A DNA stretch of 57,043 nucleotides from Promethearchaeota archaeon (GTDB taxonomy: Archaea > Asgardarchaeota > Lokiarchaeia > Sigyniarchaeales > SOKP01), in contig JAEOTP010000064.1 in NCBI GenBank assembly GCA_016839765.1, forward strand, positions 1 through 57,043, read 5' to 3'. The notes beneath the pieces were generated by a model. It ran no database searches. It saw only the letters and a list, made by a program, of their open reading frames with translations, and was not told the DNA's origin. Position numbers and translations under genes: made by a program. Below are positions 29,528 through 39,134 of the stretch, one piece after another (the first letter of the stretch is position 1; every line of letters starts with the position of its first letter).

Positions 29528-30376
29528 ATGATTAAATTGTCACATATGGATGTTAATAACAAATTCTACGAATTTGGCAAATATATTCGGGTTGTAGCAA
29601 TTGCGACGATAATAAGTATTTTTCCATTTATATCTTTTGCTGGTATGGTTTTAACATGTATTTTTGTCATTATCGCATCAGTTCATATGCTTGCTATAAA
29701 TAGGCAATTAATGGATGCCATTTTGGGTGAATTCCGTTCAAAATGGCTAAAAGGTGTTATCATTAGGATAATTGGAATGTTTGTTATCAATGTAAGTTTC
29801 GTTATAGTTCTTACAATGATAAGTAGAAGAGGATTAATAGGTATAATTGAATTAATTACTACCGGTTGGGCATATCCTTATCCTAATCCAGCATTAGTTC
29901 TATTAATTGGAGTTGGTATAACATTTTTTATAGGTTTTATACTTGTCATAGTAGGGTCGTCGAAAGAAATGGGCGCTTGGAGACTTTTTTACAATTTTCT
30001 CAAGGAAAATGAAAGTTTATTCCCAAAAGTGATCTCTGGAAGCGCTATGGAAGGAGCTGAGAAATGTCGTACGGGAGCTTTAATGTTTGCTTTAAGTTTT
30101 TTAATTATTACACCTATTATTGGCTATATTTTTCAAGCTATTGGTTATTTCAAGATAGCTTCACTTGTCAAATTAGGGGAGCCTTATCCAGATTTAGAAC
30201 CTGTACTACCTCAATCTGTGCCAATTTCAAAACCAAAGTCTATACCAAAACCAGAACCAGAATCTATATCAATAGCATCTTCAAAGGATGTTGTTAATTT
30301 CTGCCCTCTTTGTGGGGAAAAAGTACCTCCTAATGCTAGATTTTGTGGATTATGTGGTTCTTCATTGATAAGTTAA
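29528..30376 (+). CDS. Membrane protein with Pro-rich linker and C-terminal zinc ribbon
   Basis: TM segments and FCPLCG...FCGLCG; paralogue of the next gene. Confidence 0.8.
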   Translation: MIKLSHMDVNNKFYEFGKYIRVVAIATIISIFPFISFAGMVLTCIFVIIASVHMLAINRQLMDAILGEFRSKWLKGVIIRIIGMFVINVSFVIVLTMISRRGLIGIIELITTGWAYPYPNPALVLLIGVGITFFIGFILVIVGSSKEMGAWRLFYNFLKENESLFPKVISGSAMEGAEKCRTGALMFALSFLIITPIIGYIFQAIGYFKIASLVKLGEPYPDLEPVLPQSVPISKPKSIPKPEPESISIASSKDVVNFCPLCGEKVPPNARFCGLCGSSLIS

Positions 30377-30514
30377 TACAAACTACGTTAAGAACCCTTT
30401 AAATTATTTTTTTCTTTTATTTATTAAAATTTTTGACTCTTGGAAAATTTATCCCTTAAAGCATATATAGTATGTTATCTTAAAAAATCAAAACAATCAT
30501 GAGAATATTTAGCA

Positions 30515-31306
30515 ATGTTAAATTCAAACTTAGAAATGAGATGGGTTAACTTTGGAAAAAATATTCGGATTTTAGCTTTTCTTTGGATTTTTATTTTGAT
30601 TCCTTTTTTTGCATTTCTAGTTATTGTTATTCAGTTTATCTTTATAGTTATAGCACTAAATGAAATAAAATATATAAATCGACAATTGTCCAATCCAAAT
30701 CTTGGGAGATTTTTTTCTAAATGTCTGGCCGGAAATATTATCAAAGCAATTGGACTCATAGTGGTCAATATTGGTGGTTTAATGATAATTGGAGGATTTT
30801 TATCAAGGCGATTTTACGATTTCTTTATTTATTACGGGTACCCTTCTTTCAATTTCATTTGGATGTATCCTATTTTAACAGCAGTAGTGGTTGTTGGTTT
30901 TGTATTTATAATTATTGGCTGTGGTATTGAAAAGGGTGCCTGGGAGAATTTAAATATTTTTCTTAGTCAAGATAACAAAATGTTTCCTGTTTGGATAACT
31001 ATAGATCCAATTGAAGGGACAAACAAATTAAGTAGAGGAGCTTTATTATGGGCGCTTGGTTTTTTAATCATCCCAATAATAATTGGATGGATATTTTATA
31101 TAATTGGTTATTTCAAGTTATCGAAATTTAGTATTTGGCCTTCAACAAAGCAATTACCACCAACTATTGCTCCAGAATCAAAACCAACACCTACTCCTGT
31201 AACTGAAACGATAAATGATACAAAATATTGCCCTCATTGTGGATCAGAACTCGATGAAGAAGGTAGATATTGTGGAATTTGTGGTTCTCCTCTTCATGAA
31301 AATTAA
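30515..31306 (+). CDS. Membrane protein with C-terminal zinc ribbon (tandem paralogue)
   Basis: GALLWALGFLIIPIIIGWIF..IGYFK versus GALMFALSFLIITPIIGYIF..IGYFK; YCPHCG..YCGICG. Confidence 0.8.
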   Translation: MLNSNLEMRWVNFGKNIRILAFLWIFILIPFFAFLVIVIQFIFIVIALNEIKYINRQLSNPNLGRFFSKCLAGNIIKAIGLIVVNIGGLMIIGGFLSRRFYDFFIYYGYPSFNFIWMYPILTAVVVVGFVFIIIGCGIEKGAWENLNIFLSQDNKMFPVWITIDPIEGTNKLSRGALLWALGFLIIPIIIGWIFYIIGYFKLSKFSIWPSTKQLPPTIAPESKPTPTPVTETINDTKYCPHCGSELDEEGRYCGICGSPLHEN

Positions 31307-31319
31307 ATTATCCTAATAA

Positions 31320-31439
31320 TTACGTAGTAACTCTAATTATCTCCTCTGCTATTTCTTTTGGTTTAGTCTCTTGGATAAAATGTCCTTCGTTGGAAAAAAT
31401 TTTAATGTTACCTTGAAGTTGAGGGGTTGGAAATAATTT
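31320..31439 (-). pseudogene. Remnant C-terminus of an alpha/beta hydrolase
   Basis: KLFPTPQLQGNIKIFSNEGHFIQETKPKEIAEEIIRVTT* carries the GHF.QE..P.EIA catalytic-His motif; there is no in-frame start. Confidence 0.6.
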
Positions 31440-31500
31440 TTAATATTTAATAACCTTATATTCATAATTTATTAAACAATTTTTTAACTTAAAATAAAAG

Positions 31501-32088
31501 ATGGAATGGTTTAGAAATCTTTTCTCAAGAATCACTTCTAGTATAGAAGACAGTTTTAAGAGAGAATCAGATTATATCCAAATGAGACTTTTAGTAGAAG
31601 ATATTACTGATGATTTTGAAAAGAAATTAAAACTAAAAACTGAGCATAATATCTTGCATGCTGATATTAGAGAAGCTAAAGGAGAAGACATTAAAAGTAT
31701 AGTAAATCTGTATAATTTAGCTTGGCATTCAACTTCAATGCCATATCATATATTGAATGAGAATAATCTAACTGAGATGATGGAGGATCCTGATATTGTT
31801 TTTTTAATTGCTCAAATAGATTCTATAGATAGTGGATTTGCGCTTATTTATTATGCGGGGCAAAATAATGAAATTGGAGTAATTGCAGGATTAGGGGTAA
31901 TTCCAGAATTACAGAACAAAGGACTAGGTACGATCTTAGGATTAGCAGTTTGGAGTTATTTCAAGAAAAGAGGTGTTAAAGAATTACGGTGTAAGGTGTA
32001 TAAAGATAATAGTATATCCTATTCATTTATTAAAGGGCTTAAATTTGAAGAATATGAAGATAATATGGTTACATGGAAATTTCAATAA
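31501..32088 (+). CDS. GNAT family N-acetyltransferase
   Basis: GLGVIPELQNKGLGT, N..SYSFIKGLKF. Confidence 0.88.
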   Translation: MEWFRNLFSRITSSIEDSFKRESDYIQMRLLVEDITDDFEKKLKLKTEHNILHADIREAKGEDIKSIVNLYNLAWHSTSMPYHILNENNLTEMMEDPDIVFLIAQIDSIDSGFALIYYAGQNNEIGVIAGLGVIPELQNKGLGTILGLAVWSYFKKRGVKELRCKVYKDNSISYSFIKGLKFEEYEDNMVTWKFQ

Positions 32089-32286
32089 TAATAATTTTTC
32101 CAAATTTTATATTAGCTCATATGATTCTAAGTTCATCAACACGAGCGTTAGTTATATTTAAATTTTTTTGTTTTTGAAACTTTTGTCACGTCTACTTGTA
32201 TATCACATGGTTTTAATAAAATTTTAAATTAATTAAAAACGTTAAATTAATGAATTTCTATAATTATCTTACTTGTAGCATGCATT

Positions 32287-32424
32287 ATGAGTGATCGAAA
32301 ACCAGAAAAAGAACCTGAGATTTGGCTGAAATATTGTGAAGATTGCGTGAGAAGTGTATTATCTTCATCTGAAGACGATAAGGATGACTTTTCTGGTGAT
32401 AAACAAGATGAATCCGAGAAATAA
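32287..32424 (+). CDS. Small acidic protein with CxxC (45 aa)
   Basis: MSDRKPEKEPEIWLKYCEDCVRSVLSSSEDDKDDFSGDKQDESEK; coding-like composition within AT-rich flanks. Confidence 0.5.
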   Translation: MSDRKPEKEPEIWLKYCEDCVRSVLSSSEDDKDDFSGDKQDESEK

Positions 32425-32498
32425 CTTAAGTTTTAGTTTGTATTAAAAATGTTAATAAACTTTCTAATTTTTTTAAATAGCTTCCATTAAATTTCTAT

Positions 32499-33203
32499 CT
32501 ATACTATATTTATTATATCATGTAAGGTACCTTTATAATTTGGTTCAGGGATCTCTGAATTTAAATCTGTATTTGAACTATAGACTAAAAATGTTTGACA
32601 TCCTAGATTTTTTGCAATCATATCTTTATTTTCATCTCCAACCATTAAACAATCCTTAGCAGAATAACCCAGATAATCAATAATATGTCTATAATAAGTA
32701 AGATTGGGTTTATTTGCCCGAGAGTTTTCTATGGTAGTAATTAGTTTATAATTAAAATCTCCAACGCCTGCCCAATTAAGTCTTTGCTGTATTGCAGTTA
32801 AAGGGAGAACTGGTGTGGTAGCAATAACTACTTCATATCCCTTTTCGAAAACATTATTCATTACTGAACGTGCTTCGGGTTTTTTACTTGTGTATTTACG
32901 TAATTTTGAAAATTTAGTTTCATAAAATCTATCAAACAGTGGTTGAATCTCTTCAATACTATATCCTTCAATTGGAAAAAAATTTTCAAGAAAGACCTGT
33001 TCATTAGTTTTATGGCCATTATTTTTGTTAACCGCTTCTGAAGCTTTTAATAGTTTAGTAATTACTTTATTAGGCCGAACTAAATGTGAAACAGAACTTG
33101 CTAAGAGCTTTAGATATCCTGGAATGAATTTTTTTAAGTCTACATTAATTAAAGTTCCATCTAAATCAAATAGGATTGCTTTTAGAGAGATATTTGACAC
33201 CAA
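32499..33203 (-). CDS. HAD family hydrolase
   Basis: FDLDGTL, IAT, KPN, MVGD..KD. Confidence 0.9.
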   Translation of the reverse strand: MVSNISLKAILFDLDGTLINVDLKKFIPGYLKLLASSVSHLVRPNKVITKLLKASEAVNKNNGHKTNEQVFLENFFPIEGYSIEEIQPLFDRFYETKFSKLRKYTSKKPEARSVMNNVFEKGYEVVIATTPVLPLTAIQQRLNWAGVGDFNYKLITTIENSRANKPNLTYYRHIIDYLGYSAKDCLMVGDENKDMIAKNLGCQTFLVYSSNTDLNSEIPEPNYKGTLHDIINIV

Positions 33204-33411
33204 AGTGTATATTTTATATCCTTAAAAATCAAGAATTTTCTTTTGAAATAAAATATTCAATTTTGTATTTAATTTACTATTATACAAGGATTCATAAAGA
33301 ATAAAATACAAAATACCATTAATTTTTGCGATTAATAATAAATATTAATAAAATTCAACTATTAAATATAATATAGTAAATTTCATAAAATCTAATTAGC
33401 TAATTACGAAT

Positions 33412-34620
33412 ATGAAAATAGAGCTAAGCGATTTAAACAATGGTACGGTTTTTATAGGAGATAAACTTAATGTAAGAACTAAGTTCAAATTTGAAGAAGA
33501 TACATCAATTTTATGGTCAGGAATTAAACTAATCACACAACCACCATGTTTAAAGGAACTACAAGTTTCTAAGGAAGAAATCTTTTCGATGGGTCATTTT
33601 GAGGCTGGAGAATATATTAGAGAACGAGCTTTGCTCATAAAAAATAATGTTGTCCCAACAATCAAAAATCGTAATTTAGAATATGAAATTAAACTGATTA
33701 TAAGGCAACCACATCCCACTAACCCTGCTGATGATATAGTTATTAATAAAAGTCAAAAGGTGGAAATTAAGCCGCGAGATTTAAGCGCTCAAGTAAAACA
33801 GCCAAATCCTATCTCATTTTCCATCTCTGGACTTAATGTCCTTCTTAATAAAGATGTGTTTAAGCCGGGTGAAACTATTAAAATAAGTTTTACTTCTGAA
33901 GTACTCAAACAAATTGAAGTAAGACTCTTGCAAACAGCGAATCTTGTTTGCTATTGTGATGCTTATGGGCAAACGTGTAGGAAAGTTGAGGAATTACCTC
34001 CTGCTATTGCTGGTGATTCTAAAACTACTGATATGGAAAAGGGATTTTTATTACTAAAAATCCCAGAAATTGCAGAACCCACTCATAATTACATGTGGGA
34101 GCCTACTGAAAAGGAATATTGGGGATTTAAATTTGGTGATTATACCAATTGGTCCTTATTAATAATTGGAAAAAAAAAGCCTGAATATGGACGTGAACCA
34201 ATAACTTTTGAACTTCCAATAACGATTGTTTCAAAACCTATTGGAGAATTTAAGAAAGAAATTGATTTATTTGCCGAAACTCCTTCAGCGGCACCCTCAT
34301 TATTCGACGGCATTTCATCCAAATTTCAAAAAACTTATAAAATTACTTCAATAGATTCAGATATAGAAAAGTATAAATTAAAAATTAAAAACACTACCAA
34401 AGAAAAACTTCAAGGGGTTACTATAAAAGTCTCTGGACTTCAAGAGGGACTCTTTGAGACTGCTCCAATCTTAGCTGGATTTAATAATTGGAAGCCTAAT
34501 GAAGAAAAAGAAGTAATATTTCAATCAAAACAAGACATATCAGCATTAATTACTTTATTAGAAGACAATAGTCAGAAAATAATAAGAGTCCAAACTCCTG
34601 TTGCATCTAATTTTTTTTAA
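33412..34620 (+). CDS. Arrestin/Vps26-fold-like protein with an extra C-terminal Ig-like domain
   Basis: Two beta-sandwich openings (VFIGDKLNV; LNKDVFKPGETIKI), closing ELPITI, then a third beta domain. Confidence 0.55.
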   Translation: MKIELSDLNNGTVFIGDKLNVRTKFKFEEDTSILWSGIKLITQPPCLKELQVSKEEIFSMGHFEAGEYIRERALLIKNNVVPTIKNRNLEYEIKLIIRQPHPTNPADDIVINKSQKVEIKPRDLSAQVKQPNPISFSISGLNVLLNKDVFKPGETIKISFTSEVLKQIEVRLLQTANLVCYCDAYGQTCRKVEELPPAIAGDSKTTDMEKGFLLLKIPEIAEPTHNYMWEPTEKEYWGFKFGDYTNWSLLIIGKKKPEYGREPITFELPITIVSKPIGEFKKEIDLFAETPSAAPSLFDGISSKFQKTYKITSIDSDIEKYKLKIKNTTKEKLQGVTIKVSGLQEGLFETAPILAGFNNWKPNEEKEVIFQSKQDISALITLLEDNSQKIIRVQTPVASNFF

Positions 34621-34647
34621 AGATTAGATAAATAATGATGATTTATT

Positions 34648-35454
34648 ATGATTTACTCAAAATCAGATATGTTCTCTTATTTTTTTGAGGATCCAAAAGA
34701 AAAATCTTTAAACAGAAACTTAAACAATACAACAATCCAATATTTTTATATTCAAAAAGATTTGAATATTAAAACTCAACCAAATCAAGTGTTAAATGGC
34801 TGTCTACTATCTGGAAATATAGTAATAATACATGATAATGCATCATACAATTTCGATCAATTTGATTTCTTTCTCTTACCACCCAATAACGAATGTCAAA
34901 TTAAAATAAATTCTGATCGTGAAAATAAAATATGTTTATTTTATTCTTCTCTTGACCAAGATGTTGAGTCAGTATTTGAGGTTCAACGTTACAATCCTGA
35001 TAAATTTGTGCCCCGAGGGGATTATAGCTCTAAAGAAAAAATGGCAACTTATCGAACCGTTTGGACGGCATTTAAAAATGAGCTATTTATGTCTGGTTTT
35101 ACCAATATTCCAAGTGAATCTCTTAGAAGTGGAGTAATAACAAGCGTAAATCTAGAAAAGAATGAAAGCGGAAATGTGGAAATATATTCACATATACACC
35201 CAGAATATCCTGAAGTGTATATAATGTGTATTGATGATGATAAATATACAATTACTCAATATTTAATTAATGAAGAAGGATATTCGGTAAGTAGAGACCT
35301 TTCTAATGGAGATGGGGTTTTCTTTCCTGGATCTCTTGGACACAGCAATTTTGCTAGACCTACTTATAAAAAACTGGATTATGTCATGTATATGTGGATT
35401 ATACCTACTTTTGGAAGAACAGATACCGTAAATCCAATAACTTTAAAAATATAA
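34648..35454 (+). CDS. Cupin-fold protein (IolB/KduI-like)
   Basis: YSHIHPEYPEVY...GDGVFFP..GH metal-binding pattern. Confidence 0.55.
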   Translation: MIYSKSDMFSYFFEDPKEKSLNRNLNNTTIQYFYIQKDLNIKTQPNQVLNGCLLSGNIVIIHDNASYNFDQFDFFLLPPNNECQIKINSDRENKICLFYSSLDQDVESVFEVQRYNPDKFVPRGDYSSKEKMATYRTVWTAFKNELFMSGFTNIPSESLRSGVITSVNLEKNESGNVEIYSHIHPEYPEVYIMCIDDDKYTITQYLINEEGYSVSRDLSNGDGVFFPGSLGHSNFARPTYKKLDYVMYMWIIPTFGRTDTVNPITLKI

Positions 35455-35536
35455 TTAATACTTTTTCCAAAATAAATATAAGTTGCATCTACAATTGTTT
35501 TTTGTTTATAGAAAAAAAAGAGAAAAAGATCAAAAA

Positions 35537-36130
35537 TTATTGAAATACTGATACAAGCTGACTTTTATAAATATTTTTAAAGATCAAACTTAATATTTCC
35601 TCAAATGAATCCAATATTCCTTCCCCGTTTATCGCAATCGTTTTCTTTACATCTATGTTTGAGAATTTGTAATAATCAATCTTATGCAGAAAAATATTGT
35701 TATTAAATTTATCTGGGAGATCTTGTTTATTAAATGCGATAACTTTTGGTAAAGTTATAATAACATCTCCAAAATATGAGCAAAGTTCTTTCCAAGAGAT
35801 CTCATTTCTCTCAAATGCACTTCTTTGAGAATCTACAACGAAAATTATACCATCCAATGCCTGTAGAGTAGCAGGTCTTGTGATAATGTAGAAATCTTGC
35901 CCTGTCGTAGCGTAAATGTGAATCATAACAGTCCATTCTTGATTTTGAAAGACTATAGTGCCATAATCAAAAAAAAGCGTACGCCCAACTGTACTTTCAA
36001 TTGAATTTACTTCATCCCTTTTTCCAAAGTGATTAAAAAGTGATTTTAATGAGGTAGTTTTACCTGATAATGCAGGTCCATAATAGACTATCTTCAGTTG
36101 TATCTTTCTTTCAAAAGAATCTATAATCAT
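35537..36130 (-). CDS. MglA-family small GTPase
   Basis: KIVYYGPALSGKTTSL, RTLFFD, TTGQ.FY, DGIIFVVDSQ, NKQDL. Confidence 0.9.
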   Translation of the reverse strand: MIIDSFERKIQLKIVYYGPALSGKTTSLKSLFNHFGKRDEVNSIESTVGRTLFFDYGTIVFQNQEWTVMIHIYATTGQDFYIITRPATLQALDGIIFVVDSQRSAFERNEISWKELCSYFGDVIITLPKVIAFNKQDLPDKFNNNIFLHKIDYYKFSNIDVKKTIAINGEGILDSFEEILSLIFKNIYKSQLVSVFQ

Positions 36131-36259
36131 TATCGTATTTCTAGTTAATTTTATATTGATTCTGAATTAAGATTTTTAAAATCCAAGGATTTATTTCTCA
36201 AACTTTTCAAAAATCAACTTTCTTTTGAAGAAATTTTAAGCTGGTTAAAAAAAGATTAA

Positions 36260-36637
36260 CTAAAAAAATAATTTATTTCCTTCAATATTGCATGATAATA
36301 GCTCCCGTAAAATAAGAATCTCGATCTCTCTTCTTAAAATTGTCTCATCAAGAGCTATATTTTCAATTTCTTTCAATTTTTTTTGCAATTCAGTAAAAGT
36401 TATGGAGTTTTGCTGTTGAGAAATTCTAGTAATTAAATTCAGGATTTTTTGCTGATTGTAAAGCGAAAGTGCATTTGAATCCAATTGATATAATTTATGG
36501 GTCAAATTATAATTGAAATTTGCTTGCTTTTCGATCCCTTTTAAGTTCTCAAGTAAGGCTATAGCTTCAGAATATTTTTCTCGTGATAATAAATCTTGAA
36601 CTTTATTAAGTTCATCAATAAACTCTCTAGATTCCAT
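36260..36637 (-). CDS. Hypothetical protein, helical hairpin plus PCI/winged-helix-like domain
   Basis: SITFTEL...LDETILRREIEILILRELLSCNIEG pattern. Confidence 0.55.
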   Translation of the reverse strand: MESREFIDELNKVQDLLSREKYSEAIALLENLKGIEKQANFNYNLTHKLYQLDSNALSLYNQQKILNLITRISQQQNSITFTELQKKLKEIENIALDETILRREIEILILRELLSCNIEGNKLFF

Positions 36638-36669
36638 TCTTTAACTCAATAAGGTTCTTATTAATCTAT

Positions 36670-37011
36670 TTACAATTTATCAAGTTTTTGTAATTTCATT
36701 ATTTCGGGCATTGTTGCTTTTACTATTAATTTTCCCTGTTGATATGCTTTCAATCCAGTTATTTCTCCTCTATTAAGAGCTAGGAAAGTTTCCGTACTCA
36801 TGGTATACATGATATCAGGATTGTCAAGTTTTTGTTGAACAATTGGTTTAGGATTTCCATCAACTAATTCTATTACGTAATACTCGTCAAGGTCGGTAAA
36901 AAAATACTGCAGAGTTTTATTCCATCCTTTAAAGTGTCTAGCCACATCCTTGTGAGTGTATTTCTTTCGTTGATCGTCTAAAATTTTCATAAATTCATCT
37001 CGATTAACCAT
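36670..37011 (-). CDS. SCP2 sterol/lipid-binding domain protein
   Basis: PDIMYTMSTETFLALNRGEITGLKAYQQGKLIV; ATG 37011 follows AGGTGA. Confidence 0.85.
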   Translation of the reverse strand: MVNRDEFMKILDDQRKKYTHKDVARHFKGWNKTLQYFFTDLDEYYVIELVDGNPKPIVQQKLDNPDIMYTMSTETFLALNRGEITGLKAYQQGKLIVKATMPEIMKLQKLDKL

Positions 37012-37028
37012 ATTATTCACCTAATAAA

Positions 37029-37289
37029 CTATCCGTAACTAAAACGGACACCAGTTCCTCCTTTAGGTTCTTCAAATATAACGGCATCATCAAAGCAAAC
37101 ATTCCAGCAAGCACCGCACTCACAACACCGTTTTAGGTTTACAGGTCGATATATTTCACCATCTGCTTCCCATACCTCTCGTGTACAGAATTTAGCACAT
37201 TCCCCACATCCAGTGCATTTTTCTTCGTTCACTCTTACAAACTCTCCTGTGTCTCCAGGATAATAATCAACTTTCATTTCTACTTTCAT
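37029..37289 (-). CDS. FixX-like ferredoxin
   Basis: CTGCGECAKFC, CCECGACWNVC, PKGGTGVRFSYG. Confidence 0.85.
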   Translation of the reverse strand: MKVEMKVDYYPGDTGEFVRVNEEKCTGCGECAKFCTREVWEADGEIYRPVNLKRCCECGACWNVCFDDAVIFEEPKGGTGVRFSYG

Positions 37290-38584
37290 TTTCTTCCCCT
37301 CTCATTATATAAATTTTCAAAATCAGGATCAACATTCGCATAAGGTTGAATAAGTTCTAATAAATCATACGCTTCTTGTAGCAGTTCCGTATCTTGATCC
37401 TCAACTCCCTTCATCCATTTAGTATGTATTGCGTTGGAAATAAATCCGCCACCCATAATCACATTCTGCATCATTTTGGTGATTTCTTCATCGGATTTAC
37501 TTAAAGCTGTTGCTTTATTCACAGCACCAATGTGTCGAAAAGCTTGCATAAAGAAGTTATTAGCAATTAGTTGTTGGTATGTTTCAGATAATTCTGCCTC
37601 TGAAAAATCATTGGCTTCAATTGCCTTTGCGGCTGATTGAGCAGCATAAATTCCAGTAAAGAAGGCTTCAGGCATTCCTTCGCCTAAGAAAGGGACTACA
37701 AAACCTCCAGCTTCACCCGTTAGAATCAATCCATTTCTCACTCGTTTTTCTATGGCTTCATCATATTCTAAATGTAATCCCCAAGCTACTATTTTGCCAC
37801 CTTCTAATTTTTTCTTTACTACCGGTAAATTGAGAAAATTTTCCATGTATTTATTCACATTTGGAAATTCATCAGTAATTAGGTTTTCATCCATGTATCC
37901 ACCAGTACCGAGAGTAACCGTATCTTTTTTAGGGAAGATCCAAGGCCAAGTTTTATACTGAATTCCTGGTGATAAGTAATACTCAATACACTCTCCAATT
38001 CGTTCATCGATAACCTCCATACCTAAATGAACACATACAGTCACATACAATATCATATTTGTACCTTTTCTTTTTGGAATCAGACCTGCTTTCCTGCCTA
38101 CTATAGAATTTACTCCACCTGCATCGATTACAACTTTAGAATAACATTTTTCTCCACTATCAGTTATAACCCCTTTCACATAGTTATTCTCTTCAATTAT
38201 ATCTACTACTGTTGTTGATAGTTTAACCTCTGCTCCTGCTTTCTTAGCTTCTTCAGTATGCCAAGCATCAAAATGGTCTCTACGAATAGAAAGAAGTAAT
38301 ATCCCTTCTGAAGGGATTTCGTGGAAAATTGTTGTTCGATCCTTATTAATATGGTAAGTTCTCATTTCCCTTATTACTCTTTCAACAGGACCTTCTACTA
38401 AATAATGTAAATCAGGAATGATTAAAGCAGCTCCATTCAAACAAGTACCCGAGATATTTTTTTCTCCTGGAATTTGAGCTTTTTCGAGAAGCAGGGTCTT
38501 TAGACCTAACTCTGCTGACTTTTTCGCAGCAGCAGGACCAGCACAGCCTGCTCCTACAACAATAACATCATACTCATTTATCAA
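37286..38584 (-). CDS. FixC/geranylgeranyl-reductase-family FAD oxidoreductase
   Basis: GAGCAG, PGEKNISG, RDHFDAW, DAGGVNS, WIFPK, GEAGG...GEGM. Confidence 0.85.
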   Translation of the reverse strand: MINEYDVIVVGAGCAGPAAAKKSAELGLKTLLLEKAQIPGEKNISGTCLNGAALIIPDLHYLVEGPVERVIREMRTYHINKDRTTIFHEIPSEGILLLSIRRDHFDAWHTEEAKKAGAEVKLSTTVVDIIEENNYVKGVITDSGEKCYSKVVIDAGGVNSIVGRKAGLIPKRKGTNMILYVTVCVHLGMEVIDERIGECIEYYLSPGIQYKTWPWIFPKKDTVTLGTGGYMDENLITDEFPNVNKYMENFLNLPVVKKKLEGGKIVAWGLHLEYDEAIEKRVRNGLILTGEAGGFVVPFLGEGMPEAFFTGIYAAQSAAKAIEANDFSEAELSETYQQLIANNFFMQAFRHIGAVNKATALSKSDEEITKMMQNVIMGGGFISNAIHTKWMKGVEDQDTELLQEAYDLLELIQPYANVDPDFENLYNERGRK

Positions 38585-38788
38585 AATACTCCCTCCATGA
38601 CATATACTCCATTTAGAGTTGTAAAAAACTAATGCTTCTAATTTTCAATATTTTATAAGCTTTACTTGATAAAAATAATTTGAACTAAATAATAATGAAT
38701 AAATATTCCATAGAATATTAAGAAAGCCTATAAATAGGAACTTTTATTTATTTATATAAGAATATAAAATAAAATTTGAGGATTACAA

Positions 38789-39016
38789 ATGGATAAAGAA
38801 AAAGTAAAAGAAGTTATTGAAAAGATTAGACCCCAATTGCAAGCAGATGGTGGTGACGTTGAAATCGTCGAAATCACAGATGATGGTATAGTTAAAGTTC
38901 GATTAATGGGTCATTGCGCTGGTTGTCCTTATTCACAGCAAACATTATCCTTAGGAATTGAACGTGCCGTAAAGCAATTTGTTCCTGAAGTAAAAGCTGT
39001 ACAGAATGTCATTTAA
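38789..39016 (+). CDS. Nfu/NifU C-terminal domain Fe-S carrier
   Basis: IRPQLQADGGDVE, GHCAGCP..TL..GIE. Confidence 0.92.
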   Translation: MDKEKVKEVIEKIRPQLQADGGDVEIVEITDDGIVKVRLMGHCAGCPYSQQTLSLGIERAVKQFVPEVKAVQNVI

Positions 39017-39134
39017 AATAAATCTTTTTAATTTTTTTAAGCAAATCTTCTATTAAGATAACTCTTAATTTATTCTGAAAATTTCTAATTTAGGGAAGAG
39101 AAAAAAAAATCCTGAAAACAGGATAAAATTTTTT

